Numbered from the stretch's first letter, positions 34,187 to 44,918 are shown. The stretch: 64,000 nt of DNA from an uncultured Lentimicrobiaceae bacterium (GCA_964420555.1 CAYQTT010000005.1:151613-215612); one strand, 5' to 3'. Notes: generated by a model not told the origin, from the sequence alone. Made by a program: numbers and translations.

Positions 34187-35008
34187 ATGAAAAACATTTT
34201 CCTCTTTGCCATAGTATTGCTGGTTATTGTGTCCTGTACGTCAAAACCAAAGGATACACTCGTAACTATTTCAACTTCCTACGGCGATATTGTTGTAAAA
34301 CTATACGACAGTACCACAAAGCACAAGCAGAATTTTATAAACCTGGCTGAAGCTGGTTATCTGGATGGGACCTTGTTTCACCGTGTGATCGAAAAATTCA
34401 TGATACAGGGTGGTGATCCGACTTCGCGAAATGCAAAACCAGGTATTTTGTTAGGCGATGGCGATACCAATTACACCATACCTTTCGAGTATGTGCCTTC
34501 CTATCTGCATAAACGTGGAGCCTTTGCCGCTGCCCGCGAAAACGACGACGAAAATCCGTTGAAAGCTTCCTCGGCATCACAGTTTTACATTGTGCAAGGC
34601 AAAGTTTTTAATAACTACGAACTCGATGCCGTTGAACTTAAAGTGGAACGCCGTACGAAGCAATACATTATGATGGATCTGCTGAAAAAGGAAGGCAAAG
34701 AAGACGAACTGAAAGCTTTTCGAAAAATGGTCGATAGTCGCGATACAGCTAATATCCGCCTGGTGATCGAAAAATACCATAATGCTGTCGAAGCACAGTA
34801 TATGCGTACAAAACCCTATAAAATTACAGAGGAGCAGCGCCGCGTTTATACTACTGTTGGCGGAACGCCTCACCTCGACGGCGCTTACAATGTTTTTGGC
34901 GAAGTTGTGAGTGGCATGGAAATTGTAGATCAGATTGCAGCCGTTAAGACTGACACAAACGACCGACCTGTGATAGATATTCCGATGACCTTTAAAATCA
35001 AAAAGTAA
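34187..35008 (+). CDS. Peptidylprolyl isomerase, cyclophilin type, lipoprotein with internal insertion
   Basis: 273 aa. Signal/lipobox VIVSC. Cyclophilin motifs FHRVIEKFMIQGGDP and SQFYIV, with a ~70-aa charged insertion before the C-terminal GGTPHLDGAYNVFGEV. Confidence 0.8.
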   Translation: MKNIFLFAIVLLVIVSCTSKPKDTLVTISTSYGDIVVKLYDSTTKHKQNFINLAEAGYLDGTLFHRVIEKFMIQGGDPTSRNAKPGILLGDGDTNYTIPFEYVPSYLHKRGAFAAARENDDENPLKASSASQFYIVQGKVFNNYELDAVELKVERRTKQYIMMDLLKKEGKEDELKAFRKMVDSRDTANIRLVIEKYHNAVEAQYMRTKPYKITEEQRRVYTTVGGTPHLDGAYNVFGEVVSGMEIVDQIAAVKTDTNDRPVIDIPMTFKIKK

Positions 35009-35133
35009 AGTTCCAAATCCCAAGTTCCAAAACCCAAATTCCAAAATTGTACCTCGTAAATTCAAATCCCAGTTCCACATCTAACATCTAACATTCCACA
35101 TTCCACATCCCTCATCTTGCTTCACACTCCTCA
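35009..35133 (+). repeat. Word-stutter island: GTTCCAAA words, then 8 x 7-nt array (CATCTAA CATCTAA CATTCCA CATTCCA CATCCCT CATCTTG CTTCACA CTCCTCA)
   Basis: Heptad phasing read directly at 35078..35133. Confidence 0.85.
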
Positions 35134-35185
35134 CAAAATAAATATCTAATAAAACCGTTTACACACAAATAAAACCAAAACAAGT

Positions 35186-35812
35186 ATGAAACGTTCAATC
35201 TTTTTAACATTAACACTTACATTCCTTTTTATGATGGAACTCGACGCTCAGAAAATGACCAAAGTGCTCATACACACCGATATGGGTGATATTAAAGTTG
35301 CTCTTTATAACGATACGCCAAAGCACCGCGACAATTTCGTAAAACTTGCCAAAGAAGGATTTTACAACGGATCGCCATTTCATCGCGTTATTAAAGGATT
35401 TATGGTACAGGGTGGAGGTGCTCCTGCCGGAAAAACTGAAGTAACTTACCGCGTTCCTGCCGAAATCCTTCCTAACCATTTCCATAAAAAAGGTGCGCTT
35501 GCCGCTGCTCGCATGGGCGACCAGGTAAATCCTAAAAAGGAATCGTCAGGCTCACAGTTTTACCTTGTACAGGGCGAAAAATATACTGATGCACAGCTAA
35601 CACAGTTCGAAGCACAGATGGGCAAAAAATTCACTCCTGAGCAGCGTACAGCATACACAACCGTTGGCGGAACACCTCATCTTGATGCAGGTTATACCGT
35701 TTTTGGCGAAGTAATCGAAGGCATGGATGTGATTGATAAAATTGCAGCCGTTCAAACCGGTGCCGGCGATAAACCTGTTAAAGAAATTAAAATGACAATG
35801 AAAGTAATGTAG
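35186..35812 (+). CDS. Peptidylprolyl isomerase, cyclophilin type, secreted
   Basis: 208 aa with a signal peptide and the motifs FHRVIKGFMVQGG, SQFYLV and GGTPHLDAGYTVFGEV. Confidence 0.85.
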   Translation: MKRSIFLTLTLTFLFMMELDAQKMTKVLIHTDMGDIKVALYNDTPKHRDNFVKLAKEGFYNGSPFHRVIKGFMVQGGGAPAGKTEVTYRVPAEILPNHFHKKGALAAARMGDQVNPKKESSGSQFYLVQGEKYTDAQLTQFEAQMGKKFTPEQRTAYTTVGGTPHLDAGYTVFGEVIEGMDVIDKIAAVQTGAGDKPVKEIKMTMKVM

Positions 35813-35990
35813 TTTAAATCTTTCAATGAAGAAAAGGATCCGGTGATTAATTCCCGGGTCCTTTTTTGCTTTATAACAGAGGTTTTTTTGATTCCCAATC
35901 ATTATGCCAGATGAAGTGAGAAAATAAAAAACTTTTCCCGACCTTTGCACCAAGGTACTTTTAAGTGCCCGATTTAAGATTGAAAAGTGT

Positions 35991-37013
35991 ATGAAAGACA
36001 AAATCAACCAGTTACTCGAAGAAGTAAAGCAGTTTAATGCCGATAGTGCCGACCAGCTCGAGCAGTTCCGTATTCGTTTCCTGGGCCGCAAAGGCCTTTT
36101 ACAGGATATGTTCGATGCGTTTAAAGAACTCCCCGGCGATCAGAAACGTGATGTAGGTCAGTTACTTAACGTGTTAAAAAATGCTGCACAGGATAAAGTA
36201 ACTCTTCTGAAAGAGTCATTCGAAGGCAATGCTTCTGCTGAAGTTTCGTATGACGATCTCACCAGGCCGGTTGGTTTCCGCGAACCCGGCACACGCCATC
36301 CGCTTTCCATCGTTCGTAACGAAATGATCAGTATTTTCACCCGTCTGGGTTTTACTGTTAATGAAGGACCCGAAATTGAAGACGACTGGCATAATTTCTC
36401 GGCGCTTAATTTCCCGCCCGAACATCCGGCCCGCGATATGCAGGATACTTTCTTTATCGAAAAAGACCCTGATATAGCGCTCCGTACGCATACTTCGAGT
36501 GTTCAGATCCGTGTGATGGAAAATACGAAACCACCTATCCGTGCAATTTTCCCCGGAAGGGTTTTCCGCAACGAGGCCATCTCGGCGCGCGCACATTGTT
36601 TTTTCCACCAGATCGAAGGATTGTATATCGACCGCAATGTTTCATTCGCGGATTTAAAGCAGACTTTACTCTATTTCTCCCGCGAAATGTTCGCACCCGA
36701 CACGCAAATCAGGCTTCGCCCATCCTATTTTCCTTTCACTGAGCCATCAGCTGAAATGGATATCTCTTGCAACCTTTGCGGAGGTAAAGGCTGCGGTTTT
36801 TGCAAATATACCGGCTGGGTCGAAATATTGGGTTGCGGAATGGTTGATCCTGCCGTACTCGAAAACTGCGGCATCGACAGCAAGGAATATTCCGGTTATG
36901 CTTTCGGAATGGGCATTGAGCGTATTACCAACCTCAAGTTCCAGGTAAAAGATTTGCGAATGTTCAGCGAAAATGATCTGCGTTTTCTCAAACAGTTTGA
37001 GTCGGCCGGGTAG
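35991..37013 (+). CDS. pheS: Phenylalanine--tRNA ligase alpha subunit
   Basis: 340 aa with class II aaRS motifs (HPARDMQDTFF, FPGRVFRNE, GFAFGMGIERI). Confidence 0.9.
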   Translation: MKDKINQLLEEVKQFNADSADQLEQFRIRFLGRKGLLQDMFDAFKELPGDQKRDVGQLLNVLKNAAQDKVTLLKESFEGNASAEVSYDDLTRPVGFREPGTRHPLSIVRNEMISIFTRLGFTVNEGPEIEDDWHNFSALNFPPEHPARDMQDTFFIEKDPDIALRTHTSSVQIRVMENTKPPIRAIFPGRVFRNEAISARAHCFFHQIEGLYIDRNVSFADLKQTLLYFSREMFAPDTQIRLRPSYFPFTEPSAEMDISCNLCGGKGCGFCKYTGWVEILGCGMVDPAVLENCGIDSKEYSGYAFGMGIERITNLKFQVKDLRMFSENDLRFLKQFESAG

Positions 37014-37046
37014 TTTTACCTAAATTATATTTTACTTGCAATCAGG

Positions 37047-37949
37047 TTATTGAATAATAATCCTGAAATTTTGGATTTGATTACTTCCAAGTAACTGAAG
37101 TAAATATATTCCGGCAGGTAAATTGTTCCGGTAAAGTGTAAATTCCACATTCTGAATTTTTTCTTGTTGCACCAATAATCCGGCAGAGTTGTACAAATTA
37201 AAGCCGGTAAACTCATCTGTAGTGCTACCGGTGTTAATAACTGCAGATTCGCGCATTGGGTTACTCTTGATTATCACTTTGCCTCCCGAACTATACTCTT
37301 TAATGCGTGTCATTGTTGTATCGAGGTAACAACTGTTATATTCCGGGTTCGTGTACAAATTTCCTGTTGTATCACTAACACAAAGCAATAATGTTTCTGC
37401 TCCATATTGCATGCACCAGCGGATGGGATTGAACGGGCTTTGTAAACTGCCAATTCCTTCAACCCATACTTCCGGGGGATCGTCGAAATGAATCCGCTTT
37501 CGGAAGGAGCTGCCAACCATAATCGAATCAACACTTATTACATGTGCATAGCTGGAGGTATAATAAACTGAATCCACATAAACTGAATCACCGACAGTTA
37601 GAGAGAAGTCATAGAAAAGTTCTTCAACCTCAGAATATATTTCGGATTTATAAACCTTCATATTTTCTTCCCGGTAGCCATACCAGAAATCTTCATTCCA
37701 ATTCCCAAGTTCCGGGTCCGAATTGGTTCCATATAGTATTTCATAGGTTTTACCGTTCCACGAAGTTGTATCATTCATAAACTGAAACGAATTAGTTGTA
37801 ATTGTTCTATGACCCGGAATAGGGAAATAATACAAAATATTTGCCACCGACCACACTTTATAATTTTCAATAAACGGGATATAAGGTTGAGCTTTAACAG
37901 TAATGAATGTTAATAACGTAAAAACGGCTGATAGAAAGAGTATTTTCAT
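37047..37949 (-). CDS. Secreted protein with T9SS C-terminal sorting domain
   Basis: 300 aa with a signal peptide. The C-terminus ..FTLYRNNLPAGIYLLQLLGSNQIQNFRIIIQ is T9SS CTD-like. Confidence 0.6.
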   Translation of the reverse strand: MKILFLSAVFTLLTFITVKAQPYIPFIENYKVWSVANILYYFPIPGHRTITTNSFQFMNDTTSWNGKTYEILYGTNSDPELGNWNEDFWYGYREENMKVYKSEIYSEVEELFYDFSLTVGDSVYVDSVYYTSSYAHVISVDSIMVGSSFRKRIHFDDPPEVWVEGIGSLQSPFNPIRWCMQYGAETLLLCVSDTTGNLYTNPEYNSCYLDTTMTRIKEYSSGGKVIIKSNPMRESAVINTGSTTDEFTGFNLYNSAGLLVQQEKIQNVEFTLYRNNLPAGIYLLQLLGSNQIQNFRIIIQ

Positions 37950-38117
37950 AATTCCGGGATTAATTTAAATAGTTGATGAATATATTGTTGCTTGTAAATG
38001 GGTAAACAGTAACATGCGTTTTACATGGATATAAAGATAGTGTTTTTCATAAAAGACAGATATTAAAATATTTGTAATAAAATAATTTTCTGATTTAAGG
38101 TTTTCATTTCTTCGATT

Positions 38118-38546
38118 TTACCAAACAAACGGTATAACCCTTTTTGTTTTAGCCATATACGCTTTATAACCGGGATGATGGTTACATAAGAGTGATTCCT
38201 CAAAAATCATTTTTATTATAAGCCCTGCAACCAGCACTATGCTAATGATCAGTTTCTTATAATCGAACTGTCCGGCCAGCAATGCAAATGCAAAAATGAA
38301 AATTGAGGTGTACATCGGGTGCCGTATCACTTTGTAGGGGCCGCCGGTAACCAGCACTCCTTTATCGACGGGAGTAGGAACCACGTTAAAATTGCCAATT
38401 CTCATCACAGCCATGGCCCAGAAAGCAAGGAAACCCGAAATTGCCATCAGAATGAAAACCCACCAGGCGAGTGTAAGCCAGTCTGTAGCAATCGCCAACA
38501 GGACAATGCAGCCAAATTGTATAGTAACAAGTATTTTCCCTTTCAT
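38118..38546 (-). CDS. Isoprenylcysteine carboxyl methyltransferase (ICMT/PEMT-like) family membrane protein
   Basis: 142 aa, polytopic, with the GPYKVIRHPMYTS motif. Confidence 0.65.
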   Translation of the reverse strand: MKGKILVTIQFGCIVLLAIATDWLTLAWWVFILMAISGFLAFWAMAVMRIGNFNVVPTPVDKGVLVTGGPYKVIRHPMYTSIFIFAFALLAGQFDYKKLIISIVLVAGLIIKMIFEESLLCNHHPGYKAYMAKTKRVIPFVW

Positions 38547-39046
38547 TGTTCCTCGGCTGAAGGCATAAATCGTTTTTCATTTTCCGATTTAACTCGTTTA
38601 AGGTCAGTTAAATGTAACTCAAGATCCTGAAGGATGGGACCAAATATTTTACCAGGTTCCTGGTTGATACCGGCAGCCAGTTGAACCCCGCTTATCGATT
38701 TAATCTGAGCTATTAATAGTTTTATTTTATCCGCAGGAATAGCTCCGTAAATTACAAGGAAAAACCCGAATTGTTTATGTGATGGCAAAACATACAGTCC
38801 TTCGTTGTTGTTACTCAGCAGCGAAAATGTACTTCTGAAATCTTCATCCAAGCAGTGGAAAAACTTATAAGTCCGAAGGCTGTCAGTTTTTTCGGAATAT
38901 ACAGGCAGATCATCTTCCCTTATCAGTTTGAGCCATGTTTGACTGTTTATAAAATGCACCAACTGAATAACCGGCATAGTTGTAGCAATACCAATAAATG
39001 CGTCAGCCGGTTCAAAAGTAGGATCGATGCGCAATTTGATGGCCAT
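38543..39046 (-). CDS. Hypothetical protein (possibly the Bacteroidota 'IPExxxVDY family' that neighbours pyk; unverified)
   Basis: 167 aa. The only support is its position next to pyk and the rnc-fabF-acpP cluster. Confidence 0.4.
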   Translation of the reverse strand: MAIKLRIDPTFEPADAFIGIATTMPVIQLVHFINSQTWLKLIREDDLPVYSEKTDSLRTYKFFHCLDEDFRSTFSLLSNNNEGLYVLPSHKQFGFFLVIYGAIPADKIKLLIAQIKSISGVQLAAGINQEPGKIFGPILQDLELHLTDLKRVKSENEKRFMPSAEEQ

Positions 39047-39098
39047 TTTATTCAGGGTTTGGGATTAGGGTTTAATAGGAGAATGCGAATGAAAATAA

Positions 39099-40526
39099 TT
39101 ACGCATATTCCAGTTTCAATGTATTCGTTTGTCCAGCCACATAAATCGGAGTACTGGCAACTTTAATCAGCAGGTCACCTTTCTTTATGCGCCCCTCGGC
39201 AATAAGTTGTTCAGTAATGGTTTTAAAAGTTTTGCTGGTCGAAGTTACTATTTTATCAAAATAAAACCCTTTGATTCCCCAAACCAGGTTTAGTTTACAA
39301 AGCAAATGACGGTTTCCTGTGAAAATAAAGATATCCTGCTTCGGCCGCTGACTGCTGATGCGCTGCGCGGAATAGCCTGTAATTGTCATAGCGATTATAG
39401 CCCTGGCATTCGATTCGGCAGCAAGATTGCAGGCTGCTGAAAGCACCGAATCCGAAATAACCCTTTCTTTATCAGCACAGTTAGCAATATGAGGTTTATT
39501 GTATAATTCTTCTGTCTGCTCTACCTCCCAGATGATTTTTTGCATGGTTTCAACCACTTCCTCAGGGTACAACCCAACAGAAGTTTCACCGCTCAGCATA
39601 ACTGCATCGGCACCGTCAAGTACCGAGTTGGCAACATCGTTCACCTCGGCACGCGTTGGCCTGATGTTGGTTATCATACCTTCCATCATTTGGGTGGCAA
39701 CAATAATTGGTTTCGAAAGCTGATTACACTTGCGTATAAGTGATTTCTGCACCAGCGGCACTTCCTGAAGCGGAAGTTCAACACCCAGGTCTCCACGGGC
39801 AACCATAATAGCATCCGCCTCAGCAATAATCTCATCCATGTTTTTCACAGCATCAGGTTTTTCCATTTTTGCTATGATACCGGGAAGATTCTCTGTAATT
39901 CCGAATTCTTTTATTGTCGATTTGAGATGCCGGATATCTTCGGCTTTTCGCACAAACGACAGTGCGATCCAGTTAAGCTTATGTTCCAGGATAAAGGCGA
40001 GATCGCGCTTGTCCTTTTCGGTTAGCGAAGGCAGCGAAACAGCGGTGTTCGGCAGATTTACCCCTTTTTTACCCGATAAAATTCCGCCATGTACCACTAT
40101 AGCCCTTACGGTATCAATACCATTTGTCGAAAGAACCCGGAAGAGAAGTTTACCGTCATCAAGAAGCAGGTCTTCGCCGGGTTTCACGTCACGGGCAAAC
40201 TCAGGATAAGTGATGTAGAGACTGTCGGTAGTGCAAAGCGATTCGTGGGTAGTGAATACCAGTTCATGACCATCAACCATCATAGCTTCCTTGTTTTCGA
40301 AAGCGCCGATGCGGATTTTAGGTCCCTGCAGGTCGCCAAGCAAAGCTATGTGAGTCCCAAGTTCTTCGTTCAGTGAACGTACATGCTCAATTACTGCCAG
40401 GTGATCGGTATAATTTCCGTGAGAAAAATTTAACCTGAAAACATCCACTCCGGCTTTTATCAGCTTCTTTAACATCTCACGGCTCGAACATGCCGGACCA
40501 ACAGTAGCAACTATTTTTGTTTTCAT
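39099..40526 (-). CDS. pyk: Pyruvate kinase
   Basis: 475 aa with MKTKIVATVGPA, FRLNFSHG and MVARGDLGVE motifs. Confidence 0.9.
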   Translation of the reverse strand: MKTKIVATVGPACSSREMLKKLIKAGVDVFRLNFSHGNYTDHLAVIEHVRSLNEELGTHIALLGDLQGPKIRIGAFENKEAMMVDGHELVFTTHESLCTTDSLYITYPEFARDVKPGEDLLLDDGKLLFRVLSTNGIDTVRAIVVHGGILSGKKGVNLPNTAVSLPSLTEKDKRDLAFILEHKLNWIALSFVRKAEDIRHLKSTIKEFGITENLPGIIAKMEKPDAVKNMDEIIAEADAIMVARGDLGVELPLQEVPLVQKSLIRKCNQLSKPIIVATQMMEGMITNIRPTRAEVNDVANSVLDGADAVMLSGETSVGLYPEEVVETMQKIIWEVEQTEELYNKPHIANCADKERVISDSVLSAACNLAAESNARAIIAMTITGYSAQRISSQRPKQDIFIFTGNRHLLCKLNLVWGIKGFYFDKIVTSTSKTFKTITEQLIAEGRIKKGDLLIKVASTPIYVAGQTNTLKLEYA

Positions 40527-40593
40527 AGGTATGAGGCTTTTTGAATTTGCCAGTTCATTTTAATTATTTCAATGAAATTCAAGAAGGATCATG

Positions 40594-40660
40594 TGTCCCC
40601 ACGCCGTGACAGCCCCGTCGCCTTGTCGCCCCTCGCCCTGTCGCCTCTCTCACTATCTCC
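40594..40660 (-). repeat. Word-stutter island, GACAAGGCGAGGGGC family (read on the minus strand)
   Basis: The plus strand reads gtccccacgccgtgacagccccgtcgccttgtcgcccctcgccctgtcgcctctctcactatctcc. Confidence 0.8.
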
Positions 40661-40682
40661 GCTTTGAAAAACTGACCAAGAC

Positions 40683-41600
40683 TCAAGCTTCCTGATTTCT
40701 GACCGAATCTTTAATTTCGATATACAACGTTCCGATTTCCGGAATTTCTTTCTTCAGCGCCAGCTTCAGTTTTTCAATCATATCTTCTGCATCTGAGCCT
40801 TTCATCTCATCGTTTATATCAACCGATAACAATACCAGGTATTTACTGTCACCCATAACCATGGTCTGCAAACGGTTTATGTGCTTGATTTGTTTGAATT
40901 TATGCACAATATTCCGAATTGCTTGCCGGCTTTCGCGAGGCATGCTTTCGCCAACTATCAGGTTTTTAACTTCGGCAATAAGCAGAATAGAAACAGCGAG
41001 AAGCAAAATACCGACCGTTATACTGCCTATGGCATCAAAAACCGGGTGAACCAGCCATGCCAGTGTTGTGGAAATAAGTACAACAATAAGTCCGGCCATA
41101 GCAGCGGAATCTTCAAGTACAACAACTATAAGACTAACATGCGTTGATGCCCGCACTGCTTTAAAAAATGGAAGTTTAGTGGTTTTCCTGAATTCCGAAA
41201 AAGCTACCTGGAATGATTTGGCTTCAATCAGGATTGAACTGATCAGAACGGCAAAAATCCAATAAACACTTGTAAGTTCTTCCGGATGCATTACTTTATG
41301 AATGCCTTCATAAATAGAAAATAACGCACCGACAAAAAACAATAATACCGCAACCATCAGCGACCAGAAAAATACCTCGTTCGAATATCCGAAGCTATGC
41401 ATTTCGTTAGCTGATTTTTTGGCCCTTTTATGGCCAACAAGCAATAATACCTGGTTAAAACTGTCGGCGGTTGAATGTATCGACTCGGCAAGCATAGCTG
41501 CACTGCCTGTTATAAAAGCTACAATGTATTTGATAATGGCGATAAGCAGGTTTCCAGCCAGTGCAAAAATAATTGCTTTGTTTGATCCGTGAGCGCTCAT
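40683..41600 (-). CDS. Cation diffusion facilitator family transporter
   Basis: The ATG at 41600 (MSAHGSNKAIIFALAGNLLIA..) is preferred over the track start at 41651. Six TM helices are followed by a C-terminal cytoplasmic domain, with an HSTADSFNQ-like motif. Confidence 0.75.
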   Translation of the reverse strand: MSAHGSNKAIIFALAGNLLIAIIKYIVAFITGSAAMLAESIHSTADSFNQVLLLVGHKRAKKSANEMHSFGYSNEVFFWSLMVAVLLFFVGALFSIYEGIHKVMHPEELTSVYWIFAVLISSILIEAKSFQVAFSEFRKTTKLPFFKAVRASTHVSLIVVVLEDSAAMAGLIVVLISTTLAWLVHPVFDAIGSITVGILLLAVSILLIAEVKNLIVGESMPRESRQAIRNIVHKFKQIKHINRLQTMVMGDSKYLVLLSVDINDEMKGSDAEDMIEKLKLALKKEIPEIGTLYIEIKDSVRNQEA

Positions 41601-41705
41601 GTATAGATGATTCAGAAATAAGAAGTTACGGGTGGGAAGTAAACTTTCCATTACAAAAATAGCTTTTTCCTGAAATTTCTTTACCTAACTCCGGGAAACT
41701 GCTGA

Positions 41706-42449
41706 TTAATCAATAGATATTTTTTCGCTTTCAAGCTGCAGCAATGCTTTCATTGCAGCGTCCTGCTCAGCTCCTTTTATTGAGTAATCGCGGCCTTTGC
41801 CCAGTGATAACTTATCGATAAGCACATCAACCACATACTGTTTATTGTAGCCATGCCCGACTTCGTTGAGTGTTACAAATTCGACCGAATGTTTTTCGCG
41901 CTGTGCCCATTCAATAATACGGCTTTTGTAATTGGTATTATTGTTTTCGAGTTCCTGCAGGTCGAAATGCTGCTTGATAACTTTTTCGATAACGATCTGC
42001 CGGGTAAAATTATACCCTTTATCAAGGTAAATGGCACCGATTAGGGCTTCAAAAGCATCGCCCTTCATTGAGCGATACACGTTGTTATTATCGGTATTAA
42101 CCGTTATAAGTGTATCAATTCCCAGTTTCTGCGAAAGTTTGTTAAGTTGTGCCCGGCTTACAATGCGCGAACGCATCTCCGTGAGGAAACCTTCGTCTTT
42201 GTAAGGAAACATTTTGAAGAGGTGGTCGGCAACTATAGCGCTGAGAATAGCGTCGCCGAGATATTCGAGTCTTTCGTTGCTTACGCGGTTGCCGTTATTA
42301 AGCTCAATGGCTTGTGATTTGTGACGGAATGCCAGTTTATACAAAAAAATATTTCCGGGATAATACCCGAAAATATTTTTAAGTGCTACAAATAATTGCT
42401 TGTCTTCGGAAAGGAAGACCCTTATAGGTTTAATGACGTCGAAAGTCAA
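41706..42449 (-). CDS. rnc: Ribonuclease III
   Basis: 247 aa with the signature NERLEYLGDAIL and a C-terminal dsRBD. Confidence 0.9.
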   Translation of the reverse strand: MTFDVIKPIRVFLSEDKQLFVALKNIFGYYPGNIFLYKLAFRHKSQAIELNNGNRVSNERLEYLGDAILSAIVADHLFKMFPYKDEGFLTEMRSRIVSRAQLNKLSQKLGIDTLITVNTDNNNVYRSMKGDAFEALIGAIYLDKGYNFTRQIVIEKVIKQHFDLQELENNNTNYKSRIIEWAQREKHSVEFVTLNEVGHGYNKQYVVDVLIDKLSLGKGRDYSIKGAEQDAAMKALLQLESEKISID

Positions 42450-42451
42450 AA

Positions 42452-43705
42452 CTATTGAACGAATTTTTTGAAAATAAGCGTTGCATTATGGCCACCGAAT
42501 CCAAAAGTGTTACTCAGAGCTGTGTTAACAGTGGTATGCAAAGCTTTATTAAATACGTAGGTTAGAGATTGATCTACCTCAGGATCATCTGTAAAGTGAT
42601 TGATCGTAGGCGGTATGATATCGTGCTGTACGGCAAAAATGGAAGCCATAGCTTCAACAGCTCCTGCAGCACCCAACAAGTGTCCTGTCATGGATTTAGT
42701 CGAATTAACGTACACTTTCGATGAGTGTTCGCCAAATAACTTAGCCAGTGCTGTTGTTTCAGCTATATCCCCAAGAGGGGTTGACGTACCGTGAGTATTA
42801 ACGTGATCAATATCATTTACTGTCATGCCTGCATCGAGAATGGCTGATCTCATTGAATTAAGCGCACCTAATCCTTCGGGATGCGGAGCAGTAATGTGAT
42901 AGGCATCAGCACTCATTCCTGCACCGGCAACTTCGGCGTAAATTTTTGCGCCACGGGCAAGTGCATGTTCCAGATCTTCAAATATCAGAGCTGCACCTCC
43001 TTCACCGATAACAAATCCATCGCGGTCTTTATCGAACGGACGCGAAGCTGTCAAAGGATCATCGTTACGTGTTGACATGGCATGCATGGCATTAAAACCA
43101 CCAACACCGGCAATGTTAATTGCTGCTTCGGATCCACCGGTAACAAATGCATCTGCCATACCCAAACGGATATAATTGTATGCATCAATTAGTGCGTTGG
43201 CTGAAGAAGCACAAGCTGAAACAGTAGCAAAATTGGGTCCTCTGAATCCGTAACGGATTGAGATTTGCCCTGCTGCAATGTCAGCTATCATTTTCGGGAT
43301 CATAAGCGGACTGAAGCGTGGTGTTCCATCGCCTGCTGCAAAACTCGAAATCTCATCAAATATGGTAGTCATCCCACCAATTCCTGATGCCCAGATGACG
43401 CCGATACGGTCCGGATTCAGCGTTTCACTGTCCAGGCCTGAATCTTTAACTGCTTCATCAGCGCATACCATCCCAAAAAGAGTGAACGGATCAAATTTCC
43501 GAACCTCCTTGCGATCGAAGAAATTTAACGGATCGAAATTTTTGACCTCGCATGCAAACTGCGTTTTGAACTTGCTGGAATCAAAACGTGTGATCGGGCC
43601 AGCACCACTAACCCCATTAGTCAAGCCACTCAGGTATTCAGGAGCTGTATTGCCTAATGGAGTTAGAGCGCCAAGGCCGGTAACTACTACTCGCCTTAAC
43701 TTCAT
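42452..43705 (-). CDS. fabF: Beta-ketoacyl-ACP synthase II
   Basis: 417 aa with the active-site ACASS region, HGTSTPLGD and GFGGHN motifs. Confidence 0.9.
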   Translation of the reverse strand: MKLRRVVVTGLGALTPLGNTAPEYLSGLTNGVSGAGPITRFDSSKFKTQFACEVKNFDPLNFFDRKEVRKFDPFTLFGMVCADEAVKDSGLDSETLNPDRIGVIWASGIGGMTTIFDEISSFAAGDGTPRFSPLMIPKMIADIAAGQISIRYGFRGPNFATVSACASSANALIDAYNYIRLGMADAFVTGGSEAAINIAGVGGFNAMHAMSTRNDDPLTASRPFDKDRDGFVIGEGGAALIFEDLEHALARGAKIYAEVAGAGMSADAYHITAPHPEGLGALNSMRSAILDAGMTVNDIDHVNTHGTSTPLGDIAETTALAKLFGEHSSKVYVNSTKSMTGHLLGAAGAVEAMASIFAVQHDIIPPTINHFTDDPEVDQSLTYVFNKALHTTVNTALSNTFGFGGHNATLIFKKFVQ

Positions 43706-43719
43706 CGAATGAGTTTTAC

Positions 43720-43956
43720 TTATTTTGCGTTGCTTTCTAGGTAAGTGATAGCATCACCTACTGTACTGATTTTTTCAGCCTGATCATCAGGAATAGCAAT
43801 GTTGAATTCTTTTTCGAATTCCATGATCAGTTCAACGGTGTCCAATGAATCGGCACCCAGGTCGTTGGTGAAACTTGCTGCAGGGTTTACTTCTTTTTCG
43901 TCTACTCCCAGCTTATCAACGATGATAGCTTTTACTCTTGTTGCAATGTCGGACAT
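43720..43956 (-). CDS. acpP: Acyl carrier protein
   Basis: The ATG at 43956 gives [18 protein letters not shown]... with the LGADSLD phosphopantetheine site. The track start at 43989 is an extension. Confidence 0.9.
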   Translation of the reverse strand: MSDIATRVKAIIVDKLGVDEKEVNPAASFTNDLGADSLDTVELIMEFEKEFNIAIPDDQAEKISTVGDAITYLESNAK

Positions 43957-44269
43957 TGTTGTACGCTTTAATTGGTTTTTAGGCTGCAAAGAAATAACAA
44001 AATACTTGATAAAACAATAATTCGGAATATTATTTTAGCGTTGATGCGTTTAAGTGATTGAAAAAGAATCGAATAGTATTGATTGTATGAGTTGTTACAT
44101 GATTCATCAACTTACAGATATTCCTTTTTTTATCCCATTTGTTGCACTGATTAGAGATTATGTCGGGAGGATTTCGTTATTTTGATGCTGATAAATCATG
44201 CCGGAATATTGTTCGGTTTCAATTCCCTGAAATAACCAAATGAACTTTTCATACAATTGCAGACTTTCA

Positions 44270-44857
44270 ATGAAAACTTGTCCCCGGTTGGCAATATTCG
44301 CTTCCGGCAGTGGCAGCAATGCGCAGCGGTTAGCTGAGTATTTTGCCGGCTCAGGCATAGCAGAGGTGTCAGTAATATATTGCAATAATCCGGATGCCTT
44401 TGTTCTGGAAAGGGCCAGATTGTTTGGCATTCCTGCGGTTTTAATTGAAAGAGAGAAGTTTTATAAAGATACTGCTGTACTTGATGATTTGAAAAACCGG
44501 GAGATCGACTGGATAATTCTGGCAGGATTTCTTTGGTTAGTTCCCGATTATATTTTAAATGTATTTGCCCGCAAGGTTATTAATATTCATCCTGCTCTTC
44601 TTCCGGCTTATGGCGGGAAGGGAATGTACGGCATGAAAGTACATGAAGCAGTTATTGCTTCGGGGGATAAACAGAGCGGAATTACCATTCATCATGTAAA
44701 TGAACACTACGACGAGGGTGATATAATTTTTCAGGCTACCTGCCAGGTTTTACCTGATGATAAGGCAGATATGCTTGCGGCAAAAATCCATGAACTGGAA
44801 TATGAGAACTTTCCGGTTGTAATTGCTAAGTTAGTTGCCGGGAAGGTTAATAGTTAA
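44270..44857 (+). CDS. purN: Phosphoribosylglycinamide formyltransferase
   Basis: The ATG at 44270 gives MKTCPRLAIFASGSGSNAQ. INIHPALLPAYGG and GITIHHVNEHYDEGDI motifs are present. Confidence 0.85.
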   Translation: MKTCPRLAIFASGSGSNAQRLAEYFAGSGIAEVSVIYCNNPDAFVLERARLFGIPAVLIEREKFYKDTAVLDDLKNREIDWIILAGFLWLVPDYILNVFARKVINIHPALLPAYGGKGMYGMKVHEAVIASGDKQSGITIHHVNEHYDEGDIIFQATCQVLPDDKADMLAAKIHELEYENFPVVIAKLVAGKVNS

Positions 44858-44918
44858 AAAGAAAATGGGAAACAGTCCGCTAAACTATTTCCCATTTATT
44901 ATTTACCTTTCACTATTT

